Assembly (NCBI GenBank): GCA_047967505.1 | Contig: CM106538.1 | DNA: 64,000 bases | Source of the DNA: Dipteris shenzhenensis | Lineage: Eukaryota | Strand: one strand, 5' to 3' | Shown: positions 24,795 through 35,700 of the stretch, piece by piece | Layout of the letters: the number at the start of each line of letters is the position of its first letter | Numbering within the stretch: the stretch's first letter is position 1 | Program-made: the position numbers and the translations under genes | Notes under the pieces: generated by a model | What the model was told of the DNA's origin: nothing | Database searches by the model: none | Seen by the model: the letters and a program-made list of their open reading frames with translations, nothing else

Positions 24795-27700
24795 TGATGG
24801 GAGCAAGGAGCGGAAGCAAGAAGAAAGAAAGAATAAGGGTGGAGAGAGAGCTAAAAGAGAGCACAAGTTTTATGGGAAGCAAAAGTCTCTAATGACTTCC
24901 CTTATTGCCTTTTTTATATAAAGAAGAGGATAAGGTGATGATGTGGCACAGTATGACAGTACCACTTATACAAGGGATAGCACATTGTGCCTTTATCCCC
25001 AACAATCTCCCACTTAAAGGCCAATGTGCCTAAAAGTAAAAGGGAGGAATGTACAAATATATATATAACAAGAGAAACTTAGCATAAGAATCTCAACCAA
25101 CACCCATCTGTCCTCTGCAATGTGCAAAGTGTTGCGGATTGAGACTTTTGGTCAGAAGATCTACAGGATTGTCATCAGTGTGCACTTTGACAAGCTGAAT
25201 GCGCTTATCATCAAGCACCTCTCTGATAAAATGATATTTCACCTCAATGTGTTTCGTCTTGGCATGAAACACAGGATTACGTGCTAGCTGAATAGCACTC
25301 TGGCTATCACGATGCAAAATAGGAACCTTTCTTGATAAACCAATATCTCCCACTAGACAAGATAACCATATGGCTTCTTTGCACGCCTCTATGGCTACAA
25401 CATATTCTGCCTCTGTGGTAGATAAAGCAATGCAATTTTGCAACTGAGAGATCCATAAAATAGCACCACCCCCTAAGGTGAAGACATATCCAACTTTCTT
25501 TTGTCTACACATCCTCCAAAGTCTGGGTGTGTGAATCCATGAAGAACCAAGTCTGTCTTCCCAAAACAAATGCACACATGCATTGTGCCCTTAAGATATC
25601 TCATGATACCTTTCACGGCTTCCCAATGCTTCTTGCCAGGTGTTGCCATGTATCTACTGACAACTCCCACTGCAAAGGCAAAATCTAGACGTGTAGCCAC
25701 CATTGCATACATGAGACTGCCAACTGCGGATGCATAAGGAATCTTGGCCATTTCAGCCCTTTCATCATCTGACTGTGGGCTTTCTTTCTCACTGAGTTTC
25801 ACATATGGAGGCAATGGAGTACTAAGAATCTTGCCTCCCTCGATATTGAAACGCTGCAAAACCTTGCCAATGTATTCCTTTTGAGACAAATAGAGCAATT
25901 TCTTATTTTTGTCCCATATAACATGCATCCCTAAGATGTGATTTGCATCACCAAGATCCTTCATATCAAAGGTCTTATGTAGTCCCATCTTAAATGCATC
26001 AATCTCATACCGAGATTTGCCCGCAATAAGCATGTCATCAACATAAATGATGAGCAAAATAAGGCTACCATCCTTTGCTTTCTTGGTAGAGAGACAGTGA
26101 TCAACATCACTTCTCCTAAACCCTTGAGATTGCATGAAAGTATGGAATTTGAAGTACCACTCCCTTGGAGCCTGCTTCAACCCATATAAGCTCTTTTTCA
26201 GCTTGCATACCAACTTTTCTTTGCCTTCATTAACAAACCCTTCTAGTTGTACCATATAAATCTCCTCATGAAGATCGCCATGAAGAAATGCACTTTTGAC
26301 ATCCATCTGACACAAGTCCATGTCCTCATGTGCAACCAATGCCAAAATAGTCCTCAATCTTGTCATTTTCACCACAAGAGAAAAGATTTCATCAAAGTCA
26401 ATGCCTTTCTATTGCTTGAACCCCTTGGCGACCAATCTTGCCTTGTATTTGTTCTCAACATTAGGAGTGACTTTGATCTTGTACACCCATTTGCATGGTA
26501 AGGCATTCTTACTAGTTGGTAGTTTCACCAAATCCCATGTTTTATTTTTTATAAGAGAATCCATCTCTGAATGCATGGCCTTCTCCCACTTTCTCTTATC
26601 ATGCCTTCTCATTGCCTCCTGATAGCATGAAGGCTCACCACAATCTATCAACATGACAAAATCAGCCATGTAGTCCTATCCTAGAACAAACCTATCAGGA
26701 GGTCTGGAAACTTTGGTGGATTTCCTCACCCAATCATCTTGATTGATTGGTTGTTCATCTTGCAAATCATCTATATTTTGTGGCTGTACCACCTCCTCTA
26801 GCTGTCCTACATCACCAAGATGTGGCTCTATCTGTGGCATATCAAAGGCAATTTGATTGGTTCTCAGCCTCTATTCCCTCTGCATTAGGGACATTTGCAG
26901 CAACACCTTGCTGCACATTATTGGGCATATTTCGCTATCTATTCACAATGATTTCTTCAAAGACAACCTTTTTATTTTTTGATTTTTTGTGGGCTGCCTG
27001 TGCATGCTTTCCTCATGGAAAATCACATCATTGCTGCATATAATCTTCCTTCCAATGGGATCCCACAATCTATACCCCATTTCACCACTGTCACCATATC
27101 CAATAAAGATGCATCTAATTGACTTTGGTTGGAGTTTGCTACGGTGATCTGTTCATACGTGCACATACGCATCATAGCCAAACACTCTCAAGTGTTTATA
27201 TGAGGGTGGCTTGCCATACCACTGTTCCTTGGGTACTTTTTCATCCAACCGCTTATTCGGTGACCTGTTGATGATACGAACAACTGTTTGAATAGCCTCT
27301 ACCCAAAAACTATGGGGTAAAGCAGCATGAGACAGCATACTATGGACTCTATCTTGAATAGTCTGATTTATTCACTCTGCAACTCCATTTTGTGAAGGAT
27401 TATCAGGGCTTGTAAATTCCCTTTTTATCCCTTTCTTGTCACAAAATTCCTGAAATCTTTTGGAGACATATTCTCCTCCATTATCAGAGCGTAAGCATTT
27501 CAACTTCTTGCCTGTCTGATTTTCAACCAAGGCAACAAACTTTTGAAATGCATCAAAAACTTCATCCTTCCTCTTGATGAAATAGGCCTTCCTTGTGGCA
27601 TCATCTATAAATGTAACAAAGTATTCATGACCACCCATAGACAACTGACGCATTTGACATGCATCACTATGTACCAAATCTAAGGGTGTCAATCTTTGTT

Positions 27701-30272
27701 GCAATGTCACTTTATGTGGTGATTGTGAATGCTTACCAAAAATGCAATTCCCACAATGTTTAAATTCTCAAAATTTCAGAGATAGTAAATAACCCAATTG
27801 AGATAGTGCTTGCATTCCTTTAACACTCATGTGTCCTAACTGGCCATGCCACAATGAAACCTTTGGCACCTTAGTTATGGCAACCACATGACTCTTTACA
27901 TTAGAAACATGCAAAGTATACAAAGTATCACACTTGTACCCCTTTGCAATGACTCTAGCTCCCTTGGTTATCTTCCACCTACTATTACCAAACACAGTGT
28001 AGTAGCCTTGATCATCCAATTGACCAGTACTAACCAAGCTCTTTTTCAGCATTGGCAACATCATGAAGTATAAAATGTGTGCCATCAAAAAATGCAAGTT
28101 TCACATCTCCAATCCCTGCAATAGAGCATGCATAATTGTTTCCAAGATGCACAACACCCTCTAAACCACCATTATATGAGCAAAACCACTTCTTGTGTGG
28201 TGTCACATGAAAGGAAGCACTTGAATCAATGATCCAAGTGATCCGTCTTCTTCTGTGACCAAAGCATGTGCATCAAGTGATGAAACAAATAAAATGTCAT
28301 CCTCACTCTCATGAGTGACTGTATTTACCTCTTCAATTTCACACCACTATTACTACTCTCTGCTTGTTGCTTGCCTTTATCATATTTGGCATCCTGATTG
28401 TCGCTCTTTTTCTGCTCCTTTTTCAGCTTAAAGCAATCTTTCTTCATGTGCCCCTTTTTGCCACAATGAAAACATTCAATATCCTTCTTAGGCCGTGACT
28501 TACTGTGGGATCTATTCCTTTGGTTGTCATTGCCTCTATTCTGAGGTCTTCCTCTTGTGTTGAGGGCAATGGAAGACTTACTTGAAGAATTGTTCTTCCT
28601 ATTCATCTCCTCTATGAGAAGCTGACTCTCAACATCTGCATAAATAAGAATAGAATTTGAATTGCTCAAAGTTGTTTTGAAAATATCCCAACTCTCAGGA
28701 AGAGTACAAAGCAAGAATGTTTCTTTAAAATCATCATCAATGTTGAATTTCTGATTTGCCAACTGCTTGATGATAGAGTTAAACTCATTGAGGTGCACAC
28801 TCATAGTTGTGCCCTCCTTCATCCTAAGATCCATGAGCTTCTTGAGCCAATAAACTTTGCTTGTTGCACTTTGTTGAGCATACAAATCTTCCAACCTTTT
28901 CCACATATCCCATGTAGTGTTCTCATTTTCAACATTAAATAGAAGCACATCTGAAATAGAAAGCATGATTGTAGAATGTGCCAATTCATCAACACTTTCC
29001 CAATCATCATTTGATATATTTGCCGGCTTCACTCCCTTTTCCTTGATAGGACGGGCTTGATGCTCTTGAAGAAGCACATTATAGCACTGCTTTTGCCAAA
29101 TGGCAAAATTGTGTGCTTCCAACAACTTCTTGATGTTAAGAAGTGAACCACCTTCACTCCCATTTGAAGCCATATCTCAGCAAATAAAAAATCAGCAAAG
29201 GAAATTAAAAGAGCTTGTAAAATCTGTCCTCTACTGGAGAGAACTTGTAGCCAATATATATTCCAACTTTGAATGCATAAACAGTACCAAAACTGTAATT
29301 AATTTCCTGCACCAATATAACTCCAAAACTAAGTGAAATATGCCTGCAAAACTAAGTGTAACTCACTCAAAATTCTGTCCCAACATGTGACAAAGGTAGA
29401 GGCATCTAAAACTCAGAGAAACTCTCCCAAAATGACAGTAAAAACAGTCATAAACTTGCAGCAAACAATATTATTGTTTTTCTCAACATAAAGGCATAAC
29501 CTCTGGCATCACCGTTGAGGAGTATTCTTGGAATATTTTGATTTTTCAGAAATTTCCTTTTTCAATGTGTCCCAATTTGAAACTTTCTTGCCCCAATATG
29601 CAAGAGAAATTCGTGCCTCACATCCTCTTTGGGCAAGATAACATGCTATCCCTATTTTTGAATAGCGATATCTTTTCACCGAAAGACCGGATGCCAAAGC
29701 TATAAACAGCAAAGTTGTAGTTTGTACAAAGATCTACAACTTGTTAGTTGATCTCAAGAGCCAAATCCTTGTGGATTCTCAGATATTCTCACTTGAAAAC
29801 AGCTTCTTGCACATTGGTCACAAATAGACAATAGGTTACAACTTTTTGTGGTTTTGTAGAGGCTGTAACTCCTACAGCGTATACTGGATCAACTTGCTTC
29901 CAAAAGCAAAGTTGTAGTCCATTGTGCGAACTACAACTTTCCAATTTGGCACAAAGTGCAATTCCACACCAAGAAAGAGATATTTAGTCCTGAATATGAC
30001 TGTTTTGTCGTAAGAAATAGCAACTGTTACAGCAACTTCCTTGTATGCTTGCTGCCCTTTATAGCACTCATCTGCTCCGACAAAATAGCCCCAAAAATAG
30101 CCTCGACATATGCCAACTGTAATGCAATAGCGTCATCTCTTTTGAGTCTAAAGCTAGCTCAAGTGACGAGGATATCAACCCAAATAGTCTCCAACAATAG
30201 AGATCCTTCACAACAACTCATGGGCACAAGCAGCCACCTAGCCAACTAAGCAGCTTCCTTCAATGTAGCCAT

Positions 30273-30320
30273 CTCCAGATCCATGAGCAAGGCTTTGGGG
30301 ACGTAGTGGCTACCACTGGC
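30273..30320 (-). pseudogene. TUB: Captured 16-codon beta-tubulin fragment in the copia leader
   Basis: ASGSHYVPKALLMDLE versus plant beta-tubulin ASGGRYVPRAVLMDLE; each of the four differences can be explained by one base change, three of them G>A. Confidence 0.7.
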
Positions 30321-30609
30321 TATGACAAACGACTGCTCAATGGACTGTTGTGCCTTCAACTATCAGCCCTCCATCATCGACAGCTCCCAAACAGGGCCCC
30401 TCAGTGAAGGCCTGTCTACATCCAGTCTCCCCATCTGCTCCAATCTGAGCAGCTTCAACTCCAGCCTCTCTCATCGGCATTGCCTCAAGGCTCATTATTG
30501 TAGCCTCCTTTGTCATCGTTGTTGAAGCTCCACACATTGGTAGAATTACAAGCTCCTTGTAGCTCACCTCCACCAATACTTAACGACTCACGAGCTCTTG
30601 ACAACTTCA

Positions 30610-30888
30610 TGACATAAATGCTGCTCTAGAAGGATTGAAGAGCCAATTGTGCACATCCCAGAACACTTCTAGCGAAACTCCATCCACAAAACCTGCTTGA
30701 TTTCCTCTGAAGTTCCACACTAATCTCTTCACTTGCACAGCTACTTGCCTGTCTATCCTGGTGGCCAAATATGGTTCCTTGTTGGGCACATTTGTCTAGC
30801 ATTCGATCACTATATCGTGCACAATTCCTAACTCATCAAACTGTGCTTAGGTGCAAAAATACTTCTTCCTAAACACATGCTCCCTTGA
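30610..30888 (-). pseudogene. Captured fragment of a plant DUF868-family gene in the copia leader
   Basis: Single frame SREHVFRKKYFCT*AQFDELGIVHDIVIEC*TNVPNKEPYLATRIDRQVAVQVKRLVWNFRGNQAGFVDGVSLEVFWDVHNWLF matches DUF868 motifs REHVFG, HDIVIEC, VKRL-W-FRGN and VFWDVHNWLF; two in-frame stops. Confidence 0.85.
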
Positions 30889-31287
30889 AGGAATCGGGTT
30901 GCTTCTACCCCCCCTTCCAAAGCTGAAGAACTCTGTGGAAAGCTCTCCATGAGATGAGACATCAATCGTTCTAGCAAACATCAAACAGAGAGTCTCTTCT
31001 CACTTCTCTCAGATCGAGCACCACGAAGCGCATCATTGCCAAAAAAAAACCTCCACCATTGCGAAACCAGGCTCTGATACTAGTTAATGGGAGCAAGAAG
31101 AAAGAAAGAATAAGGGTGGAGAGAGAGCTAGAAGAGAGCACAAGTTTTGTGGGAAGCAAAAGTCTCTAATGACTTCCCTTATTGCCTTTTTTATTATTTA
31201 AAGAAGAGTATAAGGTGATGACATGGCATAGTGACATGGCAGTACCACTTATACAAGGGATAGCACATTGTGCCTTTATCCCCAATA

Positions 31288-32711
31288 ATATGTTGATAGA
31301 CGTCAAGTTGTCCATACACCAAATGTGCAGGAAATGCTACCACTAGGTACTCCCGTAGGCACACAATCAAGGGAAGATGATGGATCATCTATTGGTGGAA
31401 ATAATGAGCCTAATGAGGCTGATTTACAAGCGGGACAACAAGCTGAAATGCCCTTGAGAAGATCAACTAGAGTGTCTAGACCACGTAAAAGATTTGTTCC
31501 AGGGGCAGACTATGTGATGCTTATTGATTGCGAATAGCCATTTTGCTCTACAGAGAGGCTATAATGCGTGAGGATTAGATGCTATGCAATCAAAGATGAG
31601 TTCACGCACGAAGAATAAGACTTGGGACTTAGTTTCTTTTGTACATGGAAAGAAAGCATTGCCATGTGAATGGGTCTACAAGATGAAGGTCACAGGTGAT
31701 GATGTGCCTAAATATAAGGCCCACTTGGTTGCTAAAGGGTTCAAGCAAGAGAGGGTGTGGACTTTGATGAGATCTTCTCCCCGGTTGTGAAGATGACCAC
31801 ACTTAGATGCATACTTGGTCTTGTGGCAACAGAGGATGTGGAGCTTATGCAAATGGATGTCAAGATAGCTATGTTGCATGGGATCTACATAAGGAAATTT
31901 ACAAGGTACAGCTGGAAGGCTTTGAAGAAAAGGGCAAAGAGCATTTGGTTTGCAAGCTAAAAAAGAGTCTCTATGGCCTTAAGCAAGTGCCTAGAGGATG
32001 GTATCAGAAGTTTGATGCTTTCATTCAGTCCCGGGGTTTCAAAAGAAGTGAGATTGATCACTACCTCTACACTAAAAGGGTTAAGGATAATAGCCTGATA
32101 GGTGGTGTAGTGTCGTGGATGCCTTGCGCATAGAAGTGTGTTGCTTTCTCTAACATAGAGGTCAAGTACGTTGCACCCACAGAGGGTTGTAAGGAGGCTA
32201 TATGACTTGATGAGTTAGTGGGATATTTGGGGATTCATACAGGTGTACCGACATTGCATTAAGATTCCATGAATGGTATTCAGCTAGCATAAAATTTGGT
32301 CTTTCATGCAAAGACCAAACACATTGAGGTCAGGTACCATTTCATCAGGGAGGTACTTGAGGACAAGCACATAGAGCTCATCAAGGTTCATACAGATGAT
32401 AACCCTGCAACTATGCTGACAAAGAGTTTAGCTAGTCAGCGGTTTGAGAATTGTCGTGTATTGATGGTCATTGGATAGTATGTCCACTAGTTGTTCACCA
32501 TTAAAGGCACATTGGCCTTTAAGTGGGAGATTATGGGGGATAAAAGGCCACTGAGTCTTAACCCCAACTGTGTATAATACTCAAACATATATATATATAT
32601 GGATGACATAGAAGATTAGAGTGTTCTACACCCACCAAAACTTGTGTGGCTCTCTTCTAGATCTCCTCTCTCTCACTCTCTTCTGTTCCACTTCCGTTGA
32701 GAGCACTCTCA
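31288..32711 (+). mobile_element. Host copia element, 3' part (internally deleted RT, RNase H, PPT, 3' LTR)
   Basis: Frame continues across the insertion (NPPAY|VDRRQ); KKSLYGLKQ and FHAKTKHIEVRYHFIRE motifs; PPT aagtgggagat at 32521-32531; LTR from 32532, end approximate. Confidence 0.85.
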
Positions 32712-32750
32712 TTATGTTTGAGTGACTCGAAGTAGTTGGTTCATAGTCTT

Positions 32751-35700
32751 TGATGGAGAGGAGGTCTTATTAGAGAGCAACAAAGAAAGGGAGAACACCA
32801 AAAAATGGTGGGTGCTAACTCACCCAAATGAAGGTAAGCTCTTATTATGTATGTATGGTACAGAGGGGTATAGACTGGGCCATTGGCCTTTACCCCAACA
32901 ACCTCCCACTTAAAGGCCAATGCACCTTTAAGGGAGAAGATGGGCATCCTAATGTCATGCGACACCCATCAATACTCTATAATGTGCAAACCGCTCTGAG
33001 AAAAGACTCTTTGTAAGAAGATCTGTAGGGTTCTCATCTATGTGAACCTTGACAAGATGGGTGCGCTTGTCCTCAATCACCTCTCTGATGAAGTGATACT
33101 TCACATCAATATGCTTTGTCTTCGCATGGAAGACAAGATTCTGTGCCAACTAGATGGCACTCTGACCATCACAGTGCAAAATTGGACCTCTCCTGCAATG
33201 CTCAAGTCTCCCACTAGACGAGTAAGCCATATAGCTTCCTTGCATGCCTCAGTGGGCTACAACATACTCTGCCTCAATGGTAGACAAAGACATACATGGC
33301 TGCAAACGAGAGACCCATGAAATTGCACCTCCAGTGAATGAGAAAACATATCCTATAGTAGACCTCTTGATGTCTACATTCCCTACAAAATCAGCATCTT
33401 CATATCCAACAACAGATGTGTCCTTCCTCCCAAAGAAAATGCACATGTTCTTTGTACCATTCAATTATCTCATGATACCTTTCATTGCCTCCCAATGCTT
33501 CTTACCAAGATTTGCCATATACCTACTAACAGCTCCCACTGCAAAAGCAATATGTGGACGTGTAGCAACTGTGGCATACATCAAGCTTCCTACTGTGGAT
33601 GCATAAGGTATCTTTGCCATTTCAGCCTGCTCCTCATTTGAGTTAGGGCTCCTCATCTGCCATTTCATCCCACTCCTCGTCTACCATTTCAGCCCGCTCC
33701 TCATCTGACTTAGGGCTATCCGCTTGGCTGAGTTTCACATATGGAGGCAACGGGGTACTTATGACTTCCCCCTCTCCATATTGAAATGCTCAAGTACTTT
33801 GCTAATGTACTCTTTCTATGACAAATGAAGGAGTTTCTTGTTCCTATTCTGAACAATCCTCACGCCAAGTATGTGACTGGCATCACCCAAATCCTTCATG
33901 TCAAAGGTCTCATGCAACCTTTTCTTCAAGGCATCCACATCCAAAGTAGATTTCCCAGCAATAAGCATGTCATCAACATATAAAATCAAAATAAGAAGGC
34001 TTCCATCTGATGCCTTCTTATAAGAAAACAATACAATGTCTATGCTCAATAGATAACACGATCTCGTATGCAAGAGAGAAAACCAGATAGTATGGAGAAT
34101 CAAAATTTTGATTACTGTAGAACTGATACAATAGATGGCGCTGCCTCCCAACCATGTGCTACTGTGAAAGAAGCTTCGATGGCAAGCTGGAAATAGTATA
34201 GGTGGATGCTAAGGAATTAGGGTGGTTGTAGCCAGTGATGAAATGGGCTTCACGGGCTTGCTCTTATATAGCCACCAGTCATAGTCAGTTGGGCTCATTT
34301 GGGTGACTGACCCAGTCCGCCCAAAACGGTTGACTGGGGGTTGGTCCCGAAATAGGCCACCGACCACACGATAGAATCAGTGTGCAAAATAGAGCAACTA
34401 ACCTACGGTCGCCGTTCGGCCCACAGCCATCCGAGATCATCTGGGACTCGAAACAAGCCCTGCAACCCGAGAAGGGGCTACCTTGGGAAATGCTCCATCT
34501 ACCCTCAATGTGGTGAATCATGGGATGCCTTCCCGCACCTGCATGTAGCCTAGTTGGCAATGTGCCAACTCCGTCCAGCCATCAGGCCACACATGGCTCC
34601 CATCTGGTGTCCAAACCAGGACCTACCAGATAACTGAGCTACTCAAATGCCTTCTCCTCATATCGGGGGCTTACAAGTAGAGTTAGCTGGCTCCCGCATA
34701 GTTACATGAGAGTGGAGCATTGATATCTAACACTTCTTCATGTAGAGGCAATGATCTGTCTCACTTTGTGTGTGTACCCTTGGGATCACATAAATGCATC
34801 AAACTTATGGTACCACTCCCTAGGAGCCTGCTTCAGCCCATAAATACTTTTTTGAAGCTTGCATACCATCCGTTCTTTGTCCTGCACAACAAACCCCTCT
34901 AGCCCTACTACATATAGATGTCCTCATGAAGATCTCCATGTAGAAAATCCGTTTTTACATACATTTGGACAAGCACCATGTCCTCTCTGGCAACTAATGC
35001 AAGCACTGTATGAAGAGTAATCATCTTCACCACTGGGGAAAAGATCTTGTCAAAGTCAATACCCTTCTCCTGCTTAAACCTGGCTACCAACCTTGCAATG
35101 CATCTGCTGGAGACATCTTCAGCTTGTAAACCCATTTGCATGGCAATGCATGCTTCCCTTTGGGCAAATAAACTAAATCCCAAGTAGCATTCTTCATCAA
35201 AGAATCCATCTCTGACTGCATAGCCTTCTTCCACTTATGCTTGTCATCCCTAGACATAGCATCCTCAAAGCATGAAGGCTCACCACAATCTGTCAACATG
35301 ACATAATCTAGAGACGAGGCATATCTCTGTGGAGGTCATGAGACTCTAGTGGAACGTCTCAACACTTGCTCACCATGAGCATCTTGCTGTCCCAACTAAT
35401 TTTCCTGCATAACCTGAGGTTGTCCACCTAGATGTGGCTCTCCCACCTCACAATCTTCCATGGCCTACATCATGTGGAATAGGATGTGCATGCCTCCCAT
35501 ATGGTGGTTGTCCATCCTCCTGAAACACCACTCTATGTATCTCAATGGTCTTCTCTGGCTTCTTGTGCATCTTGTCCTCATTAAAGATAATATAATGGTT
35601 GCATACTATCTTCCTGGCCTCTGGATCCCACAATCGGTATCCCATCTCACTTGAATCACCATATCCAAGAAAAATGCACTTCCTTGACTTTGGATCAAGC

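Larger units (their letters stand above)
24795..31287 (-). mobile_element. Full-length decayed Ty1/copia element nested in another copia
   Basis: LTRs at 24795-25004 and 31085-31287; TSD ATATG at 24790-24794 and 31288-31292; PPT 25005-25015; PBS 31071-31082. gag ORF 29173-28325 with CCHC knuckle, fragmented pol to 25093, and a ~1.9-kb leader. Confidence 0.95.
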
